The notes: generated by a model not told the origin, from the letters alone. 64,000 nt of DNA from an uncultured virus (IMG/VR IMGVR_UViG_3300032007_000041) (IMGVR_UViG_3300032007_000041), one strand, 5' to 3'; positions 21,234 to 30,927 are shown, numbered from the stretch's first letter. Made by a program: numbers and translations.

Positions 21234-21315
21234 TTATGCTAATTTTTTGGTTTTTCTTTTCTTGGGTTTGATGTATTTGTCTATATAGCCTTGTCCCTTA
21301 CGAGCAAATCACAAA
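21234..21315 (-). pseudogene. tnpB: C-terminal remnant of an IS200/IS605/IS607-family TnpB-related protein
   Basis: Reads FVI[+1 T]ARKGQGYIDKYIKPKKRKTKKLA*; resembles the (Y/F)VIARRG.G(Y/F) end of Firmicutes TnpB-related proteins as I recall it. Confidence 0.5.
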
Positions 21316-21336
21316 ACACTCTCCTTTTTTTCTTTC

Positions 21337-21345
21337 ATTATATCA
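21337..21345 (-). promoter_or_regulatory. Extended -10 promoter upstream of the TnpB remnant and RNA
   Basis: TGA-TATAAT on the minus strand, followed by an AAGGAG RBS. Confidence 0.55.
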
Positions 21346-21366
21346 AACAAAACTTCAACAAAAACG

Positions 21367-21390
21367 AAAAACCACCAGAAGGTGGCTTTT
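21367..21390 (-). terminator. Intrinsic terminator of the nucleotidyltransferase gene
   Basis: GCCACC-ttct-GGTGGT followed by a T-run on the minus strand. Confidence 0.7.
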
Positions 21391-21391
21391 G

Positions 21392-22417
21392 TTAGAAAAT
21401 AGATTTAATATTTTTTGCCATAGTATTCATAAAGAAATTATTAATCTCCGTATAATTCGGTTCGTCTGGCAACGTGCTTTCTTTATAAGCACTTTTAAAT
21501 TCTTTTTCTAATTCTTTCTGCAAAGCAAAAATTTCTTTAAAAGATTTCTCACCATTACGAATAGACATAAGTAACTCGTGTTCTGGTCGATAAGTTACAA
21601 CCTCATGTTTTTTGAGAATGTCAATTCCCATAAGGTACAGCCTAATCAAGTGCATAGCGTGTTTTAAAAGATGTGGCTCATCTTTTTTACTATTACGCTT
21701 GTTTAATTTGCCATAGTTGCGTAACATATTGTTCATGCCAGCATTAATTCGTAAAAAATCTCTTAAAGGAATATGAGCAAGATTTATATCCAAGAAGATT
21801 TCTGTATCTAAATCTTCTTTTTTACTTTCATCGACAAATAGATGGAGCTTATTATCTTCGCCATATCCTTTAAACAAATCTTTTGCCATAAACATTTCTG
21901 CTTCTAAAGATTTAAGAATATGTTTTTCTTTTTCAGCTTGTGGATATGAATCCCGTGCAAGCGCATTTTCAAGCCGTCTAAGTTGAGCCGTAGCATAGCC
22001 ACCAAAAGTAGCATATGCCTTTTTAGAAAGAAATAACTCAAAATTATCCCTAAGATATTTAGAAGTTTCTGTTTGGAGAATAACATCTTCTTCTCTTGTA
22101 CCTAACATTTCAATAACATTAGGATTACAATTCATCAAAAGAGAAAGAAACTTTTTTAAAGAATAAACAACAGTATCCGTTTCTTTGTTTTCAACTTCTT
22201 CTTTCTTTTCTTCTTTCAAAGAAAGAATGTCATCTGGTTTATTAAAATAAAAACCTCGAATATCTACATCGGAAGTTGGGGTGTTTGTACCATAAGCACG
22301 AGAACCTCCCAAAGTCAAATAACCGATATTGTTATTTAAATTTTCATCCTCTCTTAGAAAACGATATTCTTTATGCTGAAATAAATCTTTATATTTCTTT
22401 TTAATTGTTTGCTCCAT
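21392..22417 (-). CDS. Pol-beta superfamily nucleotidyltransferase (RlaP/Nuc-transf-like)
   Basis: GGSRAYGTNTPTSDVDIRG, NPNVIEML, KHAMHLIRL, STLPDEP. Confidence 0.85.
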   Translation of the reverse strand: MEQTIKKKYKDLFQHKEYRFLREDENLNNNIGYLTLGGSRAYGTNTPTSDVDIRGFYFNKPDDILSLKEEKKEEVENKETDTVVYSLKKFLSLLMNCNPNVIEMLGTREEDVILQTETSKYLRDNFELFLSKKAYATFGGYATAQLRRLENALARDSYPQAEKEKHILKSLEAEMFMAKDLFKGYGEDNKLHLFVDESKKEDLDTEIFLDINLAHIPLRDFLRINAGMNNMLRNYGKLNKRNSKKDEPHLLKHAMHLIRLYLMGIDILKKHEVVTYRPEHELLMSIRNGEKSFKEIFALQKELEKEFKSAYKESTLPDEPNYTEINNFFMNTMAKNIKSIF

Positions 22418-22604
22418 AAATTAATCAAACTCCTTTCAAAAAAACAATTACGAAGCGTTGACAAGAATTTCAAATACATGAGATTATAAAGAATTATTAA
22501 CAGAAAGAACTTCCAGATTCTCACTAGGAGTATTTTCAATTTCCTCCATGTCTTTATTCAGAAAAAAAAATAGTATCTCCCGTTGCAACCGTGTTTATCC
22601 ATTT

Positions 22605-22865
22605 TTAATCAAAATACACTCGTTCATAATTACGATATAACTTGTTCAATTCATCATAATTATTACAGAAAATTTTTGGCTTATTTAATTCATATTCAAA
22701 ATAATGTTCAATTTGTTTTTTCTCCCATGAAATATTATCACCTTTCAAAGTAATATTTAATTCATGATTTGAATTAATACCTGTTAAATAATCAAATTCT
22801 TTTATTGATATATTCATTTTACCATCTAGCTGATTAATTGAACAAAAGAATATTTTATCTAGCAT
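22605..22865 (-). CDS. Hypothetical protein
   Basis: 86-aa ORF overlapping the helicase stop. Confidence 0.55.
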   Translation of the reverse strand: MLDKIFFCSINQLDGKMNISIKEFDYLTGINSNHELNITLKGDNISWEKKQIEHYFEYELNKPKIFCNNYDELNKLYRNYERVYFD

Positions 22866-24588
22866 TCTTCATCCTGCTTTCATATTCTTCTACATCAAAA
22901 TTGTTTACATTAACGATACGATTCTGAAACGATTTTGGTAACATATTTTTGTTATATCTCACAGTCGTTTCAAAAGCATTATCTAAAATATAAGTTACAG
23001 ACCAATCTTTATCATTTCTTGTACTACGTCCACATTCCTGAATAAGATTACGTAGCATTTTGCACGTATACCATTTTTTATTTTTCTGCATTTTACGTTT
23101 TACACGTTCATCTGCAAGAGAAATGTATGGCAATTTAACAATAATCTGAAATCTACTCAAATCATCATGCAAATCGACTCCTGCCATCAAAGAAGGACTA
23201 ACCAAAACAGTTGGTTTATCAGAAGTGACATGATATTTAAGCAACGACTCATTAGATTCTCCCACTTCACGCACAACAAACCTATCACTATCAATAGCTT
23301 CTGTCAACTGTTTAGCAATATTATACGTAGAAGTATGAATAATTCCTTTCTCATTTGGATGCATATCCATAATACGTTTTACTTCTTCAATTACATATGG
23401 CATAGTAGTTCCAATATTTTTATAATTCATAGAGCCAATCGGGTCATATACAATTGGAGAATTTGCAGAAGAAAATGTACCGTCACGAGTAATAAAAGCC
23501 GTTTCGTTTGGAGTAATACCCATATCTTTACAGAAACCTACTTTATCCAAAATAGTAGCAGACATAAAAACAACTTTTCTTTCTGCCCAACCATTAATCA
23601 ACTTTTGAAATAAACCATCTACGTCAATTGGTTTAATAGATAAAGTATTTTCTTTCACAGACATAATCCAATTATCTTTATTTTCGGAAAGAAAATACCC
23701 TTGAATTTTTTCATGCAAACGAAGAAGTTCTTCTTTTTTATTTGCAAGTTTCATCAAATCCATATCTTCCAATTCGCTTAACTCATCTGCGGTCATTGTT
23801 GCACGATTCCCTGTTTTTACACATTGAATTTGCTTATCAATAACCATCATTTTACGCATAATAATGCTATCAACCAAATGAACCCATTCAATATTCTTTT
23901 CATCTTCTCCATCTTTTAATTTTCTATTATAAAGACAAAGTTCTTTAAATCCTAATCCATGATTCGTTTTATAACGGTCATTCATTTTTTTAGAAGAAAG
24001 AGAAAAACCTGCACAATTAAGAAGCTGGTCCTCTAACATATGGCATTCATCAACAATAATCGCATTTCTCTTTGCAAATTTACCATGATAGTCTCCACCA
24101 GGCTGAAATTTACGAGAAATACGCAGAAAATAAGCATACGATGTCACATACATTTCAGAACCTTCTGCTTCTTTTTTTGCATTATAATAAGGACATTCAC
24201 CTGCCAAAGTACATTGCGTATAAATTCCTTTTGTAAATTTACATTCACCATTAGAACAAGGCATACCTTCATCACGAGAACACTCATAATTTACAGAACC
24301 TTTTACTGCCTTTGCTCCCATATTACCAAAGTCTTTAATATATTGGTCTTGAAGCTGTTTTGTTGCAGTAAGAAGATAACAATTCCCTTCCTTTTCAGAA
24401 ATTGCTTTAGCAATAGCCGATTTTCCAATCCCTGTACCAGCTTCAATAACGATATAACGATACTTATTACCAAACGCATATATTTTATCCAATGACGAAA
24501 GAATATCCTTCTGCGCCGTTCTCACAGAGTTATATGGGAAATGTTCTGAAACAGTACCACCCTGCAACGTTTTATATGTTCCTGACAT
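22855..24588 (-). CDS. DinG/XPD-like SF2 helicase with Fe-S cluster region
   Basis: Q-motif RTAQ, EAGTGIGKS, four-Cys region ending CPYY, IIVDECH, MSAT, GVDL, QECGRSTR. Confidence 0.9.
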   Translation of the reverse strand: MSGTYKTLQGGTVSEHFPYNSVRTAQKDILSSLDKIYAFGNKYRYIVIEAGTGIGKSAIAKAISEKEGNCYLLTATKQLQDQYIKDFGNMGAKAVKGSVNYECSRDEGMPCSNGECKFTKGIYTQCTLAGECPYYNAKKEAEGSEMYVTSYAYFLRISRKFQPGGDYHGKFAKRNAIIVDECHMLEDQLLNCAGFSLSSKKMNDRYKTNHGLGFKELCLYNRKLKDGEDEKNIEWVHLVDSIIMRKMMVIDKQIQCVKTGNRATMTADELSELEDMDLMKLANKKEELLRLHEKIQGYFLSENKDNWIMSVKENTLSIKPIDVDGLFQKLINGWAERKVVFMSATILDKVGFCKDMGITPNETAFITRDGTFSSANSPIVYDPIGSMNYKNIGTTMPYVIEEVKRIMDMHPNEKGIIHTSTYNIAKQLTEAIDSDRFVVREVGESNESLLKYHVTSDKPTVLVSPSLMAGVDLHDDLSRFQIIVKLPYISLADERVKRKMQKNKKWYTCKMLRNLIQECGRSTRNDKDWSVTYILDNAFETTVRYNKNMLPKSFQNRIVNVNNFDVEEYESRMKNAR

Positions 24589-24634
24589 AATATGAACCTC
24601 TTTCTTTTATCTCTACACGATTTTCTATACTCTT

Positions 24635-24662
24635 ATTATATCATTTACATAAATTTTGTCAA
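24635..24662 (-). promoter_or_regulatory. Consensus SigA promoter upstream of the helicase
   Basis: TTGACA-16 bp-TATAAT with an extended TG. Confidence 0.8.
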
Positions 24663-24679
24663 CACTTTTTTTAAATTTT

Positions 24680-25483
24680 TTAATATCCATATTTCTGTCT
24701 CAAAATATTTTCCACATTTTTATTTACATAAATTGTTCTAATTTCTTTTTCGTCCATTGTTAAAACACACAAATTAATAAATTCATGAAATACTACTGCA
24801 TAAGCATCATATAATTTTTCATAATTAATAGTATCACTAGGTTTTTTCCAATGTTTCCATGAAATTTGCTGACGAACTAACGCACAAGCATCAGACAAAC
24901 GGCAACTAGCCTTTAAAACAGTAATATCATGTGTTCTATCAACAAATGAATTTAAATATTTTGGTAATGTAATAGATTGTCTATCATACGCTTCTTCAAA
25001 CAAATCTACATTACTATATGTCCACCCAACATTATACATATCATTATAATGTTTCTTAATAATATTTTTATCTGCATTACCAACAATAAATAATTCCATC
25101 ATAAAATGAAGAATATCAATTACTTCTTTCTTTAATTCTAAATTTTTATCTACTTCAGAATCATATTTAGGTGTTTCTCCATATAAATCCAAATGTTCTC
25201 TTACTTCTCTTATTTCATCTTCAATACAAACTAAATATTGGTCTATCCATTTATCAATTTCTTGTTTTGTTAAACCTTCCATTTTTCTCATTCTACTAGC
25301 AAATGATTTTTGCATAGAATAAATTAATTCAAAATCAGGTAAATTAACATCAAAATGATTATCTAACATTACCTGTTGAAAAATTTCAGGATTTTTAGCA
25401 TCTACATATGCTTTATACTTTGCACAATCACATTTTAAATTGGCACATTGTATTTCTAAATAAGGACATTTGTTATTCATCAA
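24680..25483 (-). CDS. Dimeric (all-alpha) dUTPase-like NTP pyrophosphatase
   Basis: EDEIRE, KEVIDILHF, WKHWK, YVNKNVENILRQKYGY. Confidence 0.75.
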   Translation of the reverse strand: MMNNKCPYLEIQCANLKCDCAKYKAYVDAKNPEIFQQVMLDNHFDVNLPDFELIYSMQKSFASRMRKMEGLTKQEIDKWIDQYLVCIEDEIREVREHLDLYGETPKYDSEVDKNLELKKEVIDILHFMMELFIVGNADKNIIKKHYNDMYNVGWTYSNVDLFEEAYDRQSITLPKYLNSFVDRTHDITVLKASCRLSDACALVRQQISWKHWKKPSDTINYEKLYDAYAVVFHEFINLCVLTMDEKEIRTIYVNKNVENILRQKYGY

Positions 25484-25542
25484 TAAACCTTCTTCTTATA
25501 AAAAAATTAAAGGGAATATAAAAATTCCCTTAGAATTCAATT

Positions 25543-25878
25543 TTACTTTTTTTCTTCTCTGTTCATAGGAGCGGGTGATTGAGCGTTTCTTAACATTTGA
25601 CCCAATTTATTATTTCCACCTACTACACTATTAACTGCATTAATACCTGCTACTGCAAAAATTAATGTTTCAACTATATCTGCCCATACTTGACTTAAAG
25701 CACCTGTGGATAAATACATATATCCACCAAATATCAATGATACTACAAATCCTATCATTAATACTGATACTCTAGTTTCATCAACGGACATTATATTATG
25801 AAAGAAATTTGATACCTTTGAACGTTGTTGCGGTTGTTGTTCAATAGTTTGTATATCTTGTTCCATTTTTTCTGTCAC
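25543..25878 (-). CDS. Two-TM membrane protein, holin-like
   Basis: Hydrophobic segments VSVLMIGFVVSLIFGGYMYL and IVETLIFAVAGINAV; charged C-terminus. Confidence 0.5.
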   Translation of the reverse strand: MTEKMEQDIQTIEQQPQQRSKVSNFFHNIMSVDETRVSVLMIGFVVSLIFGGYMYLSTGALSQVWADIVETLIFAVAGINAVNSVVGGNNKLGQMLRNAQSPAPMNREEKK

Positions 25879-25925
25879 CTCTTACAAGAATGACATATTA
25901 TAAAAAACAAGATTTTATCTTTGTC

Positions 25926-26831
25926 TTACGATGGTAAATCTTTTCCATCTGTAATATATGCCTGACAAGAAATATTTTCACAATCTTGACAAGTTTGACA
26001 ACTACATTGTGATTGACACGTTACTTGTTGGCAACAATTATTATACATATTGTGGTTTTGACAAATTTGACATGATTGACATTTACATTGAGTTTCACAG
26101 GTTTGGCACACTTGACATGGTAACACAGATTGACAGGTTTGGCAAGCGGTATTTCTTTGACATAAAACTAATTGACAAGTTGTTACCTGACAAGATACTT
26201 TTTCGCAGGTTAAAATTGAATAATCACCATTTATTTTTTGACACGCTTTCCAACTTTTAGTAGAAACACTTATTTTATAATCCCTATCCTTAATATATTG
26301 ATACACATACGCTTGTATACCATCAGATGGCTTACCTGTAAATGGGTCATAAGGATATTTAAGCAATTCATAATTCACTTCATATTCATAATTATTGTAT
26401 TTCGGAGGAAAATTCGTTGGAAGTCTTGCATTACTTGGTATTTTTTTAAAATTTTTAAATGCTTTTTTCTTATCTGGGGGGTCATACATATCACGTTTTA
26501 TATTTAATCCATAATAATTGTTTTCCCATTTGTCATAATGAGTTTTGTCATAATATAATTTGTTATCATCATATTCGTCTACGAATTTTTGTTGGCAACG
26601 TATTGTTTGACATTCTACTATAGGTGTACAATTACAATTTTGTACATGTTTTTTATATTCCTCTAATCTTGTTAAAGCATTTGATATATCTATCAAATCT
26701 TGACGTTTCATTGTCTTATTTTCTTTTGTTTCTCCACTTATATCTCTAAATTTTGTTGGAGTAATAATACCATTAGGAGTATTTGTTATTTCACATTTAA
26801 ATTTTAAATCATCACTCATATACTGCACCAC
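25926..26831 (-). CDS. Cys/Gln-repeat protein; candidate radical SAM/SPASM substrate
   Basis: 22 Cys in the last ~105 aa, mostly as CQ/CE (e.g. CQTCQSVLPCQVCQTCETQCKCQSCQICQ), plus NCNC near the N-terminus; overlaps the SPASM gene stop. Confidence 0.75.
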   Translation of the reverse strand: MVQYMSDDLKFKCEITNTPNGIITPTKFRDISGETKENKTMKRQDLIDISNALTRLEEYKKHVQNCNCTPIVECQTIRCQQKFVDEYDDNKLYYDKTHYDKWENNYYGLNIKRDMYDPPDKKKAFKNFKKIPSNARLPTNFPPKYNNYEYEVNYELLKYPYDPFTGKPSDGIQAYVYQYIKDRDYKISVSTKSWKACQKINGDYSILTCEKVSCQVTTCQLVLCQRNTACQTCQSVLPCQVCQTCETQCKCQSCQICQNHNMYNNCCQQVTCQSQCSCQTCQDCENISCQAYITDGKDLPS

Positions 26832-27900
26832 CCAATATTTTAATTAACTGCATAATCGGATAGTTCATCTGATATGACATTTTACAATAATATTCTCCCC
26901 TAGCTTTATCATTTACTAACGGACAACCATTTCTACAAATAATCTGTACAAGACATTCGTTACATTTTTTTGATGTATCTTTTGTTTTATCTAAATCAAA
27001 TACGTTTTTCATTATATCAAAATAGTTATCTCTAATATATCCAATTTTTGTATCTGTATTGTGACATTTATATAAATTACCTTGTAAATCCATATTTAAT
27101 ACTTCGCAACCATTCCCACATCTATCTCTATTTGGTACAAATGATTTCTGATTAATGGCATTACGAATATAACCAATTTTTTCTTCAATAAATTTTTTAC
27201 GAATAACACTAATCGGTTTATTTTCTTGAAAATGTAATCTATATTCTTCACATAATTGCGTCATTTGTTCTTGTACTTTATCATAATCAAATTGTTTTAA
27301 ATCCTGATTTTGCATATTAACATCTAATAGTTCATCAACATTAAAATACAATGTATGACCATGATAATTTTCTACATAATCTCGATTAACTTCTTCACAA
27401 TCTTCTAAATAATCAAGAATATAATTATATGTACTTAATACACCCGAAAATGAAAAATTATTTAATTTAAAAATATTTTCTTTATTTTCTTTTACCACAT
27501 CATATCCACGAGTAATTTCACTATTTCTCCCATCCCAACTAATTGTTACATGAGAAAAATTTTTATTTAAATATTCAACTTTTTCCTCGTCTAACAATTT
27601 ACCATTTGTTATCATGGTGAAATATACATTATTTGGCATATTATGTTCTTTTAATCCATTAATAAATTCTTTTATTTTTTCAAAAAATACAAGTGGTTCT
27701 CCACCATAAAATTGCAATCCCAAATTTTCATTCTGATTGCGTGCTATATCATTGATAAAATTATATATATCAGGATTAATATCTTTCCCTAATGCAACAT
27801 TTACCACGTCATGTTGTAAACAATACTTACAATTCATATTACATTCATGACCTAACATAATAAAAATTGTAGATATATTTGTTTGTAAATAATTACGCAT
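26812..27900 (-). CDS. Radical SAM/SPASM domain protein
   Basis: CNMNCKYC, YGGEP, ITNG; CGNG...GNLYKC...CNECLVQIICRNGC...YC. Confidence 0.92.
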   Translation of the reverse strand: MRNYLQTNISTIFIMLGHECNMNCKYCLQHDVVNVALGKDINPDIYNFINDIARNQNENLGLQFYGGEPLVFFEKIKEFINGLKEHNMPNNVYFTMITNGKLLDEEKVEYLNKNFSHVTISWDGRNSEITRGYDVVKENKENIFKLNNFSFSGVLSTYNYILDYLEDCEEVNRDYVENYHGHTLYFNVDELLDVNMQNQDLKQFDYDKVQEQMTQLCEEYRLHFQENKPISVIRKKFIEEKIGYIRNAINQKSFVPNRDRCGNGCEVLNMDLQGNLYKCHNTDTKIGYIRDNYFDIMKNVFDLDKTKDTSKKCNECLVQIICRNGCPLVNDKARGEYYCKMSYQMNYPIMQLIKILGGAVYE

Positions 27901-27942
27901 ACATTACTATCCTTTCATAATTGTATATTATATATATTATAT

Positions 27943-27978
27943 AAAAAAAGAGAAGTGTTTTTTAACTTCTCTTTTTTT
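27943..27978. terminator. Intrinsic terminator
   Basis: AAAAAAGAGAAGT-loop-ACTTCTCTTTTTT. Confidence 0.7.
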
Positions 27979-27984
27979 TTAACA

Positions 27985-28578
27985 TTATTTAAATAAATCT
28001 TTTGATACTTCATACATAGTGTCTCGTGAATGTAAGGCATCTTGATAATCTTCTTCAACTAGCTTATCCCATTCTTCATCTGTATACTTTACAGAACCAT
28101 CGTCATGTTGAGAATCATATTCGCTAACAGATTGATATAAATCATCCATAATTTTATCCACTTTTTCAATCATATAATCTATATCATCTTCTAAATAACT
28201 CAAACATTTATCATCATGTTTAATACCATTAATCAAATATTTAATTACTTCTTCAGAAGCATTAATATCATCACCCGTTCCTAATACTTCAGGTAAGCCA
28301 ACTTGTTCAATAGCATCTTTTACATAACCATAATTTTCACTATTAGAAAGAAGAAAATCAACAAATCCATTAGCAGTTGCTTCATCATGAAAATTATCTA
28401 ATCCATCAAATGTCATAAACCAATCCTGTAAAGCACTATTTGCACGCCATGTATCATCAATGTAATCCATCAATTCATCTTCTGTCCAATCTTTATCAGA
28501 CAAAACTTGTTTTAACTGTTCAACAGTATTAATTGATTTAAATTCTTCTGCTACTTTTTTAAGCATTATATATATCAC
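27985..28578 (-). CDS. Highly acidic hypothetical protein (candidate inner-head protein) between two radical SAM paralogs
   Basis: D/E-rich ORF beginning MLKKVA. Confidence 0.7.
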   Translation of the reverse strand: MIYIMLKKVAEEFKSINTVEQLKQVLSDKDWTEDELMDYIDDTWRANSALQDWFMTFDGLDNFHDEATANGFVDFLLSNSENYGYVKDAIEQVGLPEVLGTGDDINASEEVIKYLINGIKHDDKCLSYLEDDIDYMIEKVDKIMDDLYQSVSEYDSQHDDGSVKYTDEEWDKLVEEDYQDALHSRDTMYEVSKDLFK

Positions 28579-28580
28579 CT

Positions 28581-29693
28581 TTATCCTTTAAAATTCAACA
28601 TAAATTCATATTCTTCTTTTTGTTTTTCATTTTTTATTATATCTAATTCGTATTTTAATTTTAAAATCGGATAATATCTTAATGTAGCCATTCTACAATA
28701 AAATTCATCACGAGAAGTTTGTGGTATCTTTGGACAAGCATTTCTACAAAGAGACTGTACAGGACAATCATTACAACCATTTAAACCGTGTTCAATCGTT
28801 TTATCATGGTCATTAATATTTTTCAATACATCAAAATAATTATCATGTATTGTTCCCATCACTTCGGAATCGCCGTGACAACAGTAAAGATTCCCTTGTA
28901 AATCTAAATTGATATTTTCTCCACCGTTTCCACAAAATAATCTAGTCGGTGTTTTATCACAACCACAATTACAATCTTCTATAAATTTAATATACATTGG
29001 ATTACTTATAATTTTATCATTTTTGATACAATATAAATATTCTTCACAAATTTCTTCCATTTGCTGATAAAATTTATTTTCATCAAACTTCTTTAATTGT
29101 GGATTTGGCAATTCTGTATCGTACTGCATTAAATTTTCTATATGTACAGATATTTCATGACCAAATTCTTTTTGTACTTCATAACAATCATCTAAATAGT
29201 CTTTTGGGTAACAATAAGAAGAAAATACTCCGTCAAAACCCCAAAACCCTTCTTTATCTAATTTAAATAAATTTTCTTTATTTTGCGCTATAACATCATA
29301 ACTACGAGTTATTTTACTGTTTCTCCCATCCCACGATAAACCAAATCCTTTTAAATTTTCTTTTATCCACGGAATCGTTTTATCGTTTAATAGCTTACCA
29401 TTTGTTACCATACTAAAAGTAATATTTTCATTTCCTTCTTTAGATTTTACCATATCTACTACTTTTTGCATAGTATCAAAATATACTAAAGGTTCTCCAC
29501 CCCAAAATAATATATTAATCGGATGAATATTATTAGCTATATCCAATAACCAATCTATTATCATAGGGTCAATTTCTTTCGCCATAGCATGATTTACTAC
29601 ATCATGTTCAATACAATATCTACAACTTAAATTGCATTTAAAGCCCATCATTAAATACACTTGATGTATTGGCAAATTTAATACATTTAGCAT
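28581..29693 (-). CDS. Radical SAM/SPASM domain protein, paralog of 26812..27900
   Basis: CNLSCRYC, WGGEP, VTNG, shared SWDGRNS.ITR.YDV; CGNG...CNDCPVQSLCRNAC...YC. Confidence 0.92.
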   Translation of the reverse strand: MLNVLNLPIHQVYLMMGFKCNLSCRYCIEHDVVNHAMAKEIDPMIIDWLLDIANNIHPINILFWGGEPLVYFDTMQKVVDMVKSKEGNENITFSMVTNGKLLNDKTIPWIKENLKGFGLSWDGRNSKITRSYDVIAQNKENLFKLDKEGFWGFDGVFSSYCYPKDYLDDCYEVQKEFGHEISVHIENLMQYDTELPNPQLKKFDENKFYQQMEEICEEYLYCIKNDKIISNPMYIKFIEDCNCGCDKTPTRLFCGNGGENINLDLQGNLYCCHGDSEVMGTIHDNYFDVLKNINDHDKTIEHGLNGCNDCPVQSLCRNACPKIPQTSRDEFYCRMATLRYYPILKLKYELDIIKNEKQKEEYEFMLNFKG

Positions 29694-29697
29694 AACC

Positions 29698-30927
29698 TCA
29701 ATCCTTTATTCCTTGTAATATCATACCTGTATTTGTCCAATCTGCTTTATCAATTGCTTCTTTTACAGTCATAACATGAAGATGTATTCTTTCCGTATCT
29801 TCAATAACACCATGTACTTGATTATCATTTTTAACTTTATTTATTTCTTCTTCTGATAATTCAACTGTGAACAAAGCTATCTTATGAGAACATAATGTAG
29901 CAGCAGACTGTTTCATATCTAATTGTTTAAATCTATTTTTATTTAATTTTAATCCAGTTTCTTCTTCTAATTCTTTTGAAGCGGTTAACAACATATCATC
30001 TAATGGATTTAGTGAACTTCCACCAGGCAACTCATATACCATTTCCGTTTCATTATTAATTGGTGTTCTAAATTCTTCACATAAAACAATTTCCGTATCG
30101 AGCAAATTATCTTTTTTACAATAAGCTAAGATATAACTCATATCTGTTCGTGCAACAACAAATTCATTATCTTTAACCCTATCTTCTTTTGCAATATATA
30201 CAGAAGGATGAAAAATCTCTAAAAACATTTGTTTTGCTTTTGGCATAACAAATTCATATTCCATATTAAAATCAGTTAAATAATTTCCAACATTTAACTG
30301 TTGTTTATACCAATTTTGAAACTGCTTTGTTTTATATATATGCATTGGTATTTTAACTTCCGTATCTTCACGATAAACACCTTGCCCTAAATATTCTACT
30401 GTAGCTTTTAATGTATCCTTTAATGTATTATGCCACTCATACTTATCTCTTGAAATTAATTTCAAATATTCCATTCTTGGTGCTTCATCAGGACAACCAC
30501 AAAACAGTTTGTTTGAATTTAAAAATCGACCAAATTCTACATTTGTTGTTAAGCCAATCATTTCAAAATCCGAACGCATTTCTCTAGGAATCCAAAATAC
30601 AATAGCATCACAAGCGCACATACAACTATATTCCCAATCTAATTGAGCTTTTAACGTAAATGTACGCTTCATTTCTTCACCTTTGATATTGTTATCATCA
30701 TAAGGTACTTTTGCTCTATCTTCAGGAATATATACAACACCATTATATCCCATTTCTTCTAAAATTTGTAATGCTTCTTTTTTCCACGATAATTCATATT
30801 CCTTTCGTGGAACTGGTCCAGCTAAGAACATGGACTTTGTTTCATCTTTTGGCATATCTTCTCGTGAATATACAACTGTCATTTTATTCATTCCTAAACG
30901 TTTCATTAAATCTTTCCTTTCATACAC
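29698..30927 (-). CDS. Nucleoside 2-deoxyribosyltransferase-like domain fused to a Nudix hydrolase
   Basis: N-terminal FLAGP, QLDWE, IVFWIPR, TTNVEFG; C-terminal Nudix box ELPGG....ASKELEEETG. Confidence 0.85.
   Translation of the reverse strand: MYERKDLMKRLGMNKMTVVYSREDMPKDETKSMFLAGPVPRKEYELSWKKEALQILEEMGYNGVVYIPEDRAKVPYDDNNIKGEEMKRTFTLKAQLDWEYSCMCACDAIVFWIPREMRSDFEMIGLTTNVEFGRFLNSNKLFCGCPDEAPRMEYLKLISRDKYEWHNTLKDTLKATVEYLGQGVYREDTEVKIPMHIYKTKQFQNWYKQQLNVGNYLTDFNMEYEFVMPKAKQMFLEIFHPSVYIAKEDRVKDNEFVVARTDMSYILAYCKKDNLLDTEIVLCEEFRTPINNETEMVYELPGGSSLNPLDDMLLTASKELEEETGLKLNKNRFKQLDMKQSAATLCSHKIALFTVELSEEEINKVKNDNQVHGVIEDTERIHLHVMTVKEAIDKADWTNTGMILQGIKD

Noticed and set aside
21040..21330. tmRNA (short reading frame ending ...KKLA* followed by hairpins)
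   Set aside because: No tRNA-Ala-like acceptor or T-arm ends found; the peptide fits a TnpB C-terminus better.
22484..22603. Possible small frameshifted ORF across a 9-A homopolymer (…GDTIFF/LNKDMEEIENTPSENLEVLSVNNSL)
   Set aside because: Too short, no recognisable homology or clear RBS; cannot be told apart from decayed sequence.
25926..26831. Metallothionein or multiheme cytochrome call for the Cys-rich protein
   Set aside because: No CxxCH motifs. The size, CQ periodicity and overlap with a SPASM gene favour a modification substrate, though metal binding is not excluded.
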